Below, one piece after another: positions 52,040-64,000 of a stretch of DNA of 64,000 nucleotides; within the stretch, counting starts at the first letter, position 1, and each line of letters starts with the position of its first letter. This DNA is from Octopus sinensis. Its lineage: Eukaryota. A program made the position numbers and the translations under genes. Location: positions 1 through 64,000 of the forward strand of contig NW_021831856.1 in NCBI RefSeq assembly GCF_006345805.1. The letters are read 5' to 3'. The notes beneath the pieces were generated by a model. It was given only the letters and a program-made list of their open reading frames with translations, did no database searches and was not told the DNA's origin.

Positions 52040-53595
52040 TTATTCAGTTTTATTTCAAGATTTCTTGCCAATAGAGAAAGAGCCGGTTTCTAACCTAGAT
52101 CCAAGGGTCTTTCATTAGAATTTCAACAACATCAACAGAGCATTTTTATATATATGTATGAATGTGTGCAGATTTGTATGTTTTTTTCTTTTATGTATGT
52201 GTTCTCATGCATATAGTTGCCTATCTAGACATACTCATATATACTTAAATGATAAACTTCAGGAAAGTTTTACAGATGTTTACAGTTCCAGTGATGGATT
52301 GGATCTGTAGTCTTCGAATTAGAATTCTTCTTTCTGGTTTTGAGAAGTCTAAGTTTTCATGATTGGTATTTAGGCGGCGTATTACTTATCCCAGGGCCCC
52401 AATAATTACAGGTGTAAACCTGAACTTGTAATCTGGATTGAGTAGCTGTAAATTTCCCAATAGTTTAGCGTAGTTATTTTCTTTCCCGTTGAGCATCCGC
52501 TAGGAACTGATTTGCACAACTGCACAGTTCTCTTCTGTACCTCAAATCATTATTTCAAGCCTATTGTTTACATTTTACTGAGGTTTGCACTGGGACATTC
52601 CACCAGTACTCGTTTTTTACTTTTTTTTATGAGTGGCTATAGCTTCCACAATACGAGCTGGCAGAAACGTTGGCACGCCGAGCGAAATGCGTAGCCGTAT
52701 TTCGTCTGCCGTTACGTTCTGAGTTCAAATTCCGCCGAAGTCGACTTTGCCTTTCATCCTTTCGGGGTCGATGTAATCGACTTAATCCGTTTGTCCCCTC
52801 TGTGTTTAGCCCCTTGTGGGTAGTAAAGAAATAGGTATTTCGGCTGCCGCTACGTTCTAAGCTCAAATTCCGCCAGGTCGACTTTGCCTTTCATCCTTTC
52901 GGGGTCGATGTAATCGACTTAATCCGTTTGTCCCCTCTGTGTTTAGCCCCTTGTGGGTAGTAAAGAAATAGGTATTTCGGCTGCCGCTACGTTCTAAGCT
53001 CAAATTCCGCCAGGTCGACTTTGCCTTTCATCCTTTCGGGGTCGATTAAATAGGTACCAGTTACGCACTGGGGTCGATATAATCGACTTAATCCGTCTGT
53101 CTGTCCTTGTTTGTCGTCTCTGTGTTTAGCCCCCTGTGGGTAGTAAAGAAATAGGTATTTCGTCTGTCTTTACGTTCTGAGTTCAAATTCCGCAAAGGTC
53201 GACTTTTCCTTTCATCATTTTGGGGTCGATAAATTAAGTACCAGTTGCGTACTGGGGTCGATCTGATGGACTGGCACCTTCCCCAAAAATTTCAGGCCTT
53301 ATGCCCAGAGTAGAAAAGAATACTGTGGGTCTTATTTCTTTATTCTAGGGTTTATCCTTCAGAAGGATCTCGTTATGCTGTATTCTAGCTACAGTATCAT
53401 GTCTCATTGGTAGATAATACCGTGATGAGATTTTTGGACAACTGCTTATGATGTTGGTGAAATCTTCGGTGTTAACTCCACAATGGATGCTTCGAGTGTC
53501 ATATTTTGTTGCTTTTCCTGCTTCTCTGTCCCTTTTGTGCATCAGGTATTTGGTTGATATTTCCAGTTCTTGGATTGCAAGCGCCATACCCTTTA
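52040..53595 (-). mobile_element. RLE-type (R4/Dong-like) LINE, second family, interrupted by a SINE multimer
   Basis: LAIQELEI...IISSCPKI...RHDTVA (53345-53590); EYWWNVPV...FTPVIIGALG...ICKTFLKFII* (52250-52612); 3' end abuts (CATA)n. Confidence 0.85.
52655..53325 (+). mobile_element. SINE family B nested/tandem multimer (4 bodies)
   Basis: Body restarts at ggtatttcg at 52834, 52971, 53154. Confidence 0.9.
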
Positions 53596-53776
53596 AAAAT
53601 GGGAGGTAGTAATCCGAATACACACACGCGCTCGTGATCACTCACACGCGCACGCGATCACACACATGTGCAGGTAATCACACACATACTTACATAAATG
53701 CATCTGTGTATGTATGTATGTATGCATGAACGAAAGTATTCATGTATGTATGTATCTATCCCTCTATCTTTATCTG

Positions 53777-53849
<73 letters not shown>

Positions 53850-54033
53850 ATATATATATATATATCTATCTTTCTTTCTTTCTATCTGTGTGTCTGTCTA
53901 TGTACACACACACACATATATCTATATACACGTATACATATATATGCATACATATGTATATATATACACATGTATATATATAAATATATACATATATATA
54001 TATGTGTATATATATGTGTGTGTATGTGTGTGT

Positions 54034-54088
<55 letters not shown>

Positions 54089-54665
54089 TGTGTGTGTATG
54101 ATTAATTTTGCCTACTGTAATTAACAATACTACATGATGAAGCTTACGAAACAGCTGTATTTATATGGAAGTCATATGGAAAAAATAAGCCTATATTCAC
54201 GTCTCATCTCCTGACATACTTTATTTACTTCCCTTGGCAACAGAAATAACTGCATGTTAACGAAGTTTGTTACACACACACGCGCACGCACACACACCAC
54301 ACGAACACACGCACACACACACACGCACACACACACACACCTATACATATAAATTTAAATACACAACGGAAAGAGTTACTCATAGTTTCATGCTATTATG
54401 AAACTTGAAAAGGCATAATTATAAAATATGACATGTATCTTAAAGCAGACCTTCAGGCTCTGCTTATACATTATATATATTAAAAACAAGAATGCTGGAC
54501 AGTAAGATTGCATTAAGACACGTGGTGTATTTTATAAATATGCCTGTTCAAGTATCATAATAATATGAAACTATCAGTAACTCTTTCGGTTGTGTATTTA
54601 AATTGATATTTAATCTCTCACTGGAGTACTTTTTTGTTGATTCTACCTCTGTTGCATCTTTAAGT

Positions 54666-54696
<31 letters not shown>

Positions 54697-54698
<2 letters not shown>

Positions 54699-55075
54699 CT
54701 AGCAGTATAGCCCAGCGTTGCTCGGGTTTGTTTTCTTTTCGACCCTTAGAATTGGAATTTTTGAAAAGTAAGCTTATTATTCTCTTTAAGTGAATATTTT
54801 TCTGGTTGAAATACACCGCAAAATGGCGACACAGCAGTCGAAAAGCCGTAAAATATGGGGATTTTCGTAGAAAAAAAGCATCTTTTTGATGTAAGTAATT
54901 TTTGGTCTAAACATGGTCTGATTTGAATTTTTTCTTCTACGGAATAAAGAGCAAGCCTTCTTCTATCATGCTTTCAATTTTGGTTAACCTGCGCCGCAGG
55001 GTCTCCGAAGATATAGTGTTAGTTGAAGGCTGCCAAACCTGCCACACACACACAGACAACTTCAGCTTTATTTAT
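54697..55075 (+). mobile_element. Helentron-associated (DINE/HINE-like) element
   Basis: actagcagtatagcccagcgttgctcggg start, cacacagacaacttcagcttta end, located in (TA)n. Confidence 0.65.
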
Positions 55076-55187
55076 ATATATATATATATATATATACTGA
55101 ATATCAGTGATTCACTCCACCGTTACTCCGAGTAGCAAATATATACATTCAGTGTATATTTAATCGTTAAAAGGGTAAATATTGCGT

Positions 55188-55305
55188 ACAGTTTATTCCA
55201 TGTTTCAGCAACTCTGAGCGTGAAAAAATGTTTCCGAAAGTCATGGGAGCTGTGTTGTTTTCTGATTTTGTAGGCATGTCCACGTGTGTTAGACACATGG
55301 AGATC
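55188..55305 (-). mobile_element. CR1-type LINE fragment
   Basis: TRGHAYKIRKQHSSHDFRKHFFTLRVAETWNKL. Confidence 0.8.
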
Positions 55306-55950
55306 AAAAAAAATTTTTCGAAACTTTTTACTGAAAATTTTACCAAAAAATTTTTCGAAAATTTTCACCAAAAATTTTCTCCAAAAATTTTTCGAAAATT
55401 TTCACAGAAAACTTTCCCCAAAATTTTTCGAAAATTTTCACCAAAATTTCTTCACCGATTTTGGGCCCCCTGGCCTTCCATACTTTGTGATTTTGGCACA
55501 GCTGGCCTTCCATACTTTTTGATTTTGGCACCGCTGGCCTTCCATACTTTTTGATTTTTGGCACCGCTCGTCTTCCATACTTTTTGATTTTGGCACCGCT
55601 GGCCTTCCATACTTTATGATTTTGGCACCGCTCGTCTTCCATACTTTAAGATTTTGGCCCCGCCGGCCTTCCATACTTTTCCAAAATTTTCCCTAAAAAT
55701 TTTACGTAAATTTTCACCGAAAATTTTCCCCAAAGGTTTTTCGAAAGTTTTTCCAAACATTTTTTCGAAAATTTTCACCTCAAATTTTACCGAAATATTT
55801 TTCGGGAATTTTCACAAAAATTTTTAAAAACTTTGACGGAAATTTTCCCCAAAATTTTTCCAAAATTTTTCCAAAAATTTTCATCGCAAATTTTCGCTTA
55901 AAATTTTCCGAAAATTTTCACCGAAAATTTTCCCTAAAATTTTTTGAAAC
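55305..55950. repeat. Composite satellite with ~30-bp GC core (ggcaccgctggccttccatacttt.tgatttt)
   Basis: About 7 core units at 55460-55680 embedded in aaaattttcgaaaatttt backbone. Confidence 0.9.
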
Positions 55951-56062
55951 AGAGCCAGAGACAATGCCTGAAACTTAGATATGTTTCGATCAAAGAATGG
56001 TCCAAGCCATGTCTAACTTAATACCACCACCTGATATATATATAATGTATTGTATATAAACT

Positions 56063-56094
<32 letters not shown>

Positions 56095-56114
56095 TAATAT
56101 ATATATATATATAT

Positions 56115-56145
<31 letters not shown>

Positions 56146-56196
56146 TTATATATTATATATATATAATATATATATATATATGTATGTATATATATA

Positions 56197-56257
<61 letters not shown>

Positions 56258-57438
56258 TATATATACATGTACAGTAAGTACTGCTTATGTATGCATGTAT
56301 GAAGGCACTGGAATATCTTAGTAATATCAACTTGGCACCCAATAAATGTGAACGAATTAAGTTAGCATGAATAATTTAGGAGATACGAAGGTCGTTTGTT
56401 CAGTTTTATTAGAGTTTAACAGTTTCAAGACGGTTACATTTTGCACATGCGTGCGTGCACACAGACGCGTGAGCGCACACAAACATACACATACACAAAC
56501 AGACACAGACTCACACTTGTATACATCTATACACATTCACAGATATCAATACGCGTGAATTACCACACAGTCAATCCTGCGCTTATATACGTGATTTCTT
56601 AACTGGGACTAGAGCTGTTCCTGCTTACTGAGCCTGAGAGCGAATGACACAATGAGATGACAGAGACGGTGAATATTCTCCTTAAGGTGTGGGAACGACT
56701 TTAACGCTTGTATCTTTTGTTGTTTTTCTTTCTTTATCTTGAGCGGTCTTTTTCCTATGAGTGAAAAAATATATGGTGTTACCATATTTTCATAAATTTC
56801 ATTTATTGGAATATCCCTATAGTTTTAGTACTTGTTGATTGTGCCATTTCGCCCATTATTCTGGACTCGTCAGTATAATATACATTGGAAATATGAAATT
56901 CTTTAGTCTACATTTGGAAGGTTTACGAATTAAATACGATCGATTTTCCTATTCAGTTGCGTTTCGTTTTGTTATTGCCCTCTCTTTTAAGGAAAAAGAG
57001 ATAGAGGCAAGGAGGCAAGGAGAGGAAACTCTCAGAGTCATCTAAAGTTAAAATTAGTATTAAATTTTAAGATTAAAATTAAAACTATAAATGAGGCTTA
57101 AATACGATCGATTTTTCTATTTTCATTATCCTTAAAAGTGGAGAGAAGAAGGAGAGGAAGAGAGATATAGTGATAGGAAGAGGGGAAATCTCTTACACGT
57201 TTTAGTTTTCATCTTAGAAGTTTGGTAACATTTCATATTTTTTCTTCTAGTACGGATTCACCTTGTGTTCGCTTCTTGTAGACACGTTTAACGTTTTCTC
57301 CAAAACAACCTACAATTCCTTGTCTGTTTAGTTAGTGGAAACATGTTTTCAACAAAGTTTGTGTTAGGAACTCTTTCTCCGAATTTATGGGAAACGCATG
57401 TAAGCTAACTGGAATAAAATGTATATATATCTATGAAA

Positions 57439-57506
<68 letters not shown>

Positions 57507-57553
57507 TATGCGTGTGTATATATATGTATATATATATATATTATACATATATA

Positions 57554-57627
<74 letters not shown>

Positions 57628-57629
<2 letters not shown>

Positions 57630-57998
57630 CTAGCAGTATAGCCCAGCGTTGCTCGGGTTTGTTTTCTTTTCGTCCCTTTAGAGTTGGAAATTTGAAAAGT
57701 AAGCTTATTATTCTCTTTAAGCGAACATTTTTCTGGTTGAAATACAGCGCAAAATGGCGACACAGCAGTCAAAAAACCGTAAAAGAAAAGGGATTTTCAT
57801 AGAAAAAAAAGCACCTTTGTGATGTAAGTAATTTTTGGTCTTAACATGGTCTGATTAAATAAAGAATAAAGAGCAAGCCTTCTTCTATCATGGTTTCAAT
57901 TTTGGTTAACTTGCGCCGCAGGGTCTCCGAAGAGATAGTGTTAGTTGAAGGCTACCAAACCTGCCACACACACACACAGACAACTTCAGCTTCATATA
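57628..57998 (+). mobile_element. Helentron-associated element, second copy
   Basis: Highly similar to 54697-55075, including the downstream flank. Confidence 0.65.
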
Positions 57999-58161
57999 TA
58001 TATATATATACTGAATATCAGTGATTCACTCCACTGTTATACCGAGCTGCAAATATATATATTCAGTGTATATTTAATCGTTAAATGGGTAAATATTGCG
58101 TACATATGACGAGAATTCTCCGTCGTGCAAATTTTACGTAAGTTGTCACTTAAGAATAACT

Positions 58162-59000
58162 AAGTAACGGCGAGTGAACCGGGAGAAGCCCAACGCCGAA
58201 TCTCGTCGGCCGCGCCGGTCGTCGAGAGCTGTGGCGCAAGGGTCGTACACGGTCGATCGTTTCGCCCGGCTAGGTTCGGAGTCCCCTCGATCGGGGCTGC
58301 CCAGAGCGGGTGCCAGGCCCATTCGGAGCCGGCGGCGATCGGCGGTGTTCATCGGCCCGAGAGTCGGGTTGCTTGGGAACGCAGCCCAAAGCGGGTGGTA
58401 AGCTCCATCCAAGGCTAAATACGGGGACGAGTCCGATAGCCGACAAGTACCGCGAGGGAAAGTTGAAAAGAACTTTGGAGAGAGAGTTCAAGAGACCGTG
58501 AAACCACCCAGGGGTAAACGGGTAGGACCGCTCACCGCGATCGCGAGGGGACTCAGTCCGCTGCTTCACGCCGAGGCGCCGTCGTCGTCGACGAACGCGC
58601 CGGTGGCGGCCGCTCGTTCCGCGGGCAGTCGTCTGCCGTCTCGTCGGCGTTCGATTCCCGGGGCGCCGGCATCGGACGCACTTCCCCTCCGATCCGTCGT
58701 CGCGACCCGTTTCCCGTCGGGCCGGTAGGCGCGCGGCGTCCGCAGGTCGCAGACGAGAGCCCCGTCGCCGCCGCGCAAGCGGCGGTCGGTGGGATCCACG
58801 CGCTCTTCTCGACCGGGCCCGTCGCTTCCCGTTCCGCCACAGGCGACGCGGCGTCTCCGAAAGAGAGCGGTGCCGTGTCTGTCCCTTCTTCCCTGGACAG
58901 AACCGTGGCTTCAACTCCGGGTTTCGCTAGCGTTTCTGCAGCTTTTTTTTCCCTTCCCGGTATCACCCCGCCTTGGCGCGCGTCGTTTTCGTGGCGACCA
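58162..59000 (+). rRNA. Isolated 28S rRNA fragment (5' region, D1-D2); pseudogene
   Basis: agtaacggcgagtgaa; gagtcgggttgcttgggaacgcagcccaaagcgggtggtaa; acaagtaccgcgagggaaagttgaaaagaactttg; GC-rich sequence continues to ~59262; no 18S/5.8S context. Confidence 0.9.
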
Positions 59001-59422
59001 CCGTCATGGCACTCGCTCGTTGACCGCAGTCCGGACGCAGTTCGTCGCAGCCGTTTCGAAAGGATCGGGTGGAGGAAGCGACGACGACCACCGACGCGTA
59101 GGGCGCCGGGCGAGTCTAAAAGCTGCAGCGGGCCCGCGCCAATCGCCGCTGCCCCTCTCGTCTGCCGACCTAGTCGCTGGCCTTCTTCGCCTTCTCCTCT
59201 TCCTCTTCCGCCCGGAACCGGCCCCACTTCAAATCGACCCGCACCGGAGCCCGTCCGCAGCATGACAATACACAGCCTAAGTTGATACCGACAACTCTTG
59301 AAATTATAACTAGGAATATTCATTTTAAAATAAACACATGGGATACGGATGGATAGTTTTAAAAGAAATGTGTGAATGAAATATAAATGGGCATACAAAC
59401 ACAGTCACCAGCAGGTAAAGAG

Positions 59423-59454
<32 letters not shown>

Positions 59455-59456
<2 letters not shown>

Positions 59457-59853
59457 TTTTTATCTGTTTCAGTCATTTTGACTGCGGCCATGCTGGAGCA
59501 CCGCCTTTAATCGAGCAACTCGACCCCGGGACTTATTCTTTGTAAGCCCAGTACTTATTCTATCGGTCTCTTTTGCCGAACCGCTAAGTGACGGGGACAT
59601 AAACACACCAGCATCGGTTGTCAAGCAATGCTAGGGGAACAAACACAGACACACAAACATACACGCACATACATATATATATACATATATACGACGGGCT
59701 TCTTTCAGTTTCCGTCTACCAAACCCACTCACAAGGCTTTGGTTGGCCCGAGGCTAAAGTAGAAAACACTTGCCCAAGGTGCCACGCAGTGGGACTGAAC
59801 CCGGAACCATGTGGTTGGTAAACAAGCTACTTACTACACAGCCACTCCCGCGC
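59455..59853 (-). mobile_element. SINE family A, full length
   Basis: Near-identical to 34650-35050. Confidence 0.92.
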
Positions 59854-59854
59854 C

Positions 59855-60269
59855 GGTGTTAGGAAACACCTACCTTGCTAGAAATAAGGGCTAAACCGCT
59901 ATAATGCTGTAGTTAACGCACAGGAATTAAAACATATACAGTAACAGGGACCATAATCATCTGAAAAGGGCTGATTGAAAATTCATAATAATGACGCGTC
60001 AGTTTCAGTGATTTCCGTTGCCTCATCAGTCAAGACCGCTCGATTGTTCGGCTCTTTTTAGATACGCCTATTAGTATTTACGATTTCGTCATCCAAATCA
60101 TTGTTTGATGTAGCGATTCACTGTGTATATATACAATTAATATAAACATCAGTATGCAATCGATCGGTACTTTGGTCCATGTTAGTGTATGTTTTTATTC
60201 ATGTGCGTTAACAACAACATTAGAGTGATTTAGCTCTTATTTCTAGCAATGTAGGTATTTCCTAACACC
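59855..60269. mobile_element. Fold-back element with ~100-bp inverted arms and an internal hammerhead-like core
   Basis: ggtgttaggaaacacctac... / ...gtaggtatttcctaacacc; minus strand CTGATGA...GAAAC at 59992-60033. Confidence 0.7.
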
Positions 60270-60477
60270 CTAGTCACATTTAGTGATATTTCTAATTCTC
60301 CTTTTTGGTGAAATATTGCAAGCTGCTGTTTATATTAATTATATTTTTATATATATGTGTGTGTGTGTTTGTGTGTGTGTGTGTGGATAAATAAATAAGT
60401 AGACAGACAGATAAAGATGAATGGCGGTGCCCCAGCATGGCCACAGCTCGTGAGCTGAAACTAGTTAAAATAAAAAA

Positions 60478-63400
60478 TAATTTTACTCAAAAATTTACCG
60501 AAAATTTTCATAGAAAATTTACCCCAAAATTTAACGAAAATTTTCACCTAAAATTTTCCCCAAAGGCTTTTCGAAAATTTTACCCAAAAATTTTTTGAAA
60601 ATTTATGCCGAAAATTTACCCAAAAATTTTACTAAAAATTTTCACGGAAAATTTTCCCCAAATGTTTTTCGAAAATTTTCCCCAAAAAGTTTTCCTAAAT
60701 TTTCACCGAAAATTTTACGCAAAAATTTTTAGAAATTTTTGCCGAAAATTTTCCTAAAAATTTTTTGAAAATTTAACCAAAAAATTTTTCGAAAATTTTC
60801 ACAGAAAACTTTCCCCAAAAATTTTTCGAAAAATTTTGAACAAAATTCTTCACCGATTTTTGCCCCCCTGGCCTTCCATACTTTGTGATTTGGGCACCAC
60901 TGGCCTTCCATAGTTTGTGATTTGGGCACCGCTGGCCTTCCATACTTTTTGATTTTGGCACCGCTGGCCTTCCATACTTTTTTATTTTGGCACAGCTGCC
61001 CTTCCATAATTTATGATTTGGGCACCGCTGGCCTTCATACTTTAAGATTTTGGCCACGCCGGCCTTCCATACTTTGTGATTTTGGCACCGCTGGCTTTCT
61101 GATTTTTCGAAAATTTTTCAAAAAATTTTTCCAAAAATGTTACCGGAAATTTTACCCAAAAATTTTTCGAAAATTTTCCCAAAAATTTTACGCAAATTTT
61201 CCCAAAAATTTTCCGAAAATTTTACCCAAAAATTTTTCGAAAATTTTCCCCAAGAATTTTTCGAAAATTTTCCCCAAAACTTTTTCGAAAATTTTCCCCA
61301 AAAATTTTTCGAAAATTTTCACCGAATATTTTACCCCAAAATTTTTCGAAAATTTTCACCGAATATTTTACCCAAAAATTTTTCGAAAATTTCCACGAAA
61401 ATTTTACTCAAAAGTCTTTCGAAAATTTTCACCGAATATTTTACCGGAAAATTTTTCGAAAATTTTCTCTGACCTAAAAATAGATTAATGTTATGGCTAA
61501 AAATAGATTTTTAGGTGGCGTCTGCTGCTGCTGCTTTCTGTGTATATATAGAGTGAATTCTGGCTTACTACTAGAATCAAGATGCTTCATCATACACGAT
61601 ACACCAGATTCTGCTTTACACTTAACAACTATGATGATGTCGTCGTTTGTAGATCTCAGCATATGGAGCATATTCGTTATGTGGTTTTTCGAAAGTTTTC
61701 ACAGAAAATTTTACCCAAAAATTTTTCGAATATTTTCACCAAAAATCTTTCGAAAATTTTCACCTAAAATTTTACCCAGAAAAATAACTGAAACACGTGA
61801 AGAGTTAAAGAGAAAAAGAAGGAACACAAACACATATTTTCGAAAAATTTTGGGGTCAAATTTTCGGCAAAATTTTCGAAAAATTGTTGCTCAAAATTGT
61901 TGCTCAAATACACCAGATTCTGCTTAACACTTAACATCTATGACGATGTCGACGTTTATAGACCTTAGCATATTCGTTATATGATTTTTCGATAATTTTC
62001 ACCGAAAATTTTACCCAAAAATTTTTCGAAAATTTTCGCCGTAAATTTTCCCCCAAAATTTTTCGAAACTTTTCATCGGAAATTTTCTCGAAAAATTTCT
62101 GGAAATTTTTGTCGAAAATTTTCCCAAAAATTTTTCGAAAATTTTCACCGAAAATTTTCCCGAAAGGTTTTTCGAAAATTTTCCCCCAAAATTTTTCGAA
62201 ACTTTTCATCGCAAATTTTCTCGAAAATTTCTGGAAATTTTTGTCGAAAATTTTCCCAAAAATTTTACGAAAATTTTCACCGAAAATTTTCGGAAAGGTT
62301 TTTCGAAAATTTTCCCCCAAAATTTTTCGAAAATTTTCACCGAATATTTTACCAACAAATTTTTCGTGAATTTTCAATGAAAATTTTACTCAGAAATTTT
62401 CCGAAAATTTTACACAACAATTTTTTGAAAATTTTGCCGAAAAATTTACGAAAATTTTCACCGAAAATTTTACCCAAATTTAACTGAAAATTTACCGAAA
62501 ATTTTCATAGAAAATTTTACCCAAAAATTTTACGAAAATTTTCAACTAAAATTTTCCCCAAAGGCTTTTCGAAAATATTACCCAAAAATTTTTCGAAAAT
62601 TAATGCCGAAAATTTACCCAAAATTTTACTAAAAATTTTCACGGAAAATTTTCCCCAAATGTTTTTCGAAAATTTTCCCCAAAAAGTTTTCCTAAATTTT
62701 CACCGAAAATTTTACGCAAAAATTTTTAGAAATTTTTGCCGAAAATTTTCCTAAAAATTTTTCGAAAATTTTCACTGAAAATTTTACCAAAAAATTTTTC
62801 GAAAATTTTCACGAAAAATTTTCCCAAAAATTTTTCGAAAATTTTCACAGAAAACTTTCCCCAAAAATTTTTCGAAAAATTTTGAACAAAATTCTTCACC
62901 GATTTTTGCCCCCCTGGCCTTCCATACTTTGTGATTTGGGCACCACTGGCCTTCCATAGTTTGTGATTTGGGCACCGCTGGCCTTCCATACTTTTTGATT
63001 TTGGCACCGCTGGCCTTCCATACTTTTTTAATTTTGGCACAGCTGCCCTTCCATAATTTATGATTTTGGCACCGCTGGCCTTCCATACTTTAAGATTTTG
63101 GCCACGCCGGCCTTCCATACTTTGTGATTTTGGCACCGCTGGCTTTCTGATTTTTCGAAAATTTTTCAAAAAAATTTTTCCAAAAATGTTACCGGAAATT
63201 TTACCCAAAATTTTTCGAAAATTTTCCCCAAAAATTTTACGCAAATTTTCCCAAAAATTTTCCGAAAATTTTACCCAAAAATTTTTCGAAAATTTTCCCC
63301 AAGAATTTTTCGAAAATTTTCCCCAAAACTTTTTCGAAAATTTTCCCCAAAAATTTTTCGAAAATTTTCACCGAATATTTTACCCAAAAATTTTTCGAAA

Positions 63401-64000
63401 ATTTTCACCGAATATTTTACCCAAAAATTTTTCGAAAATTTTCCACGAAAATTTTACTCAAAAGTCTTTCGAAAATTTTCACCGAATATTTTACCGGAAA
63501 ATTTTTCGAAAATTTTCTCTGACCTAAAAATAGATTAATGTTATGGCTAAAAATAGATTTTTAGGTGGCGTCTGCTGCTGCTGCTTTCTGTGTATATATA
63601 GAGTGAATTCTGGCTTACTACTAGAATCAAGATGCTTCACCATACACGATGCACCAGATTCTGCTTTACACTGGAGCATATGGAGCATATTCGTTATGTG
63701 GTTTTTCGAAAGTTTTCACAGAAAATTTTACCCAAAAATTTTTCGAATATTTTCACCAAAAATCTTTCGAAAATTTTCACCTAAAATTTTACCCAGAAAA
63801 ATAACTGAAACACGTGAAGAGTTAAAGAGAAAAAGAAGGAACACAAACACATATATATATATTTTCGAAAAATTTTGGGGTAAAATTTTCGGCAAAATTT
63901 TCGAAAAATTGTTGCTCAAAATTGTTGCTCAAATACACCAGATTCTGCTTAACACTTAACATCTATGACGATGTCGACGTTTATAGACCTTAGCATATTC
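60478..64000. repeat. ~2.05-kb higher-order tandem satellite (runs off the window end)
   Basis: gacctaaaaatagattaatg at 61471 and 63521; aattcttcaccg at ~60844 and ~62890. Confidence 0.92.

Noticed and set aside
55460-55680. ~30-bp repeats as a CRISPR array
   Set aside because: Directly tandem with no unique spacers; eukaryotic context; no cas genes
58146-59398. Long Arg/Pro/Gly-rich ORFs
   Set aside because: Stop-poor frames of GC-rich rDNA

Overview
Eukaryotic, AT-rich, microsatellite-dense DNA. The SINE families and repeat landscape point to an octopus/cephalopod genome (inference). Almost all ORF-track entries are microsatellite or satellite artefacts. (1) Main result: between the transposon and microsatellite insertions, the minus strand from ~49.4 kb down to ~22.4 kb carries decayed but colinear remnants of a paramyxovirus-like genome in the order N-(P)-M-F-HN-L, i.e. 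a candidate near-complete fossil endogenous paramyxovirus in an invertebrate. The matches are by-eye comparisons with viral protein sequences recalled from memory and need HMM confirmation. (2) A host neuropeptide-precursor gene on the + strand (PXXXamide / invertebrate parathyroid-hormone-like) has two paralogous symmetric peptide exons (10062-10175, 11094-11213) and a shared S-G-K-R amidation exon (18128-18185). (3) At least six type I hammerhead ribozyme motifs sit in non-coding Penelope/retrozyme-like elements, mostly next to (TA)n and often with tandem or fold-back structure. (4) A head-to-tail stack of R4/Dong-type non-LTR retrotransposons lies in (AAT)n, and a second RLE family is associated with (CATA)n. 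Also present: Tc1/mariner relics, MITEs, Helentron-type elements, SINEs, a 28S rDNA fragment and A4T4-tract composite satellites.
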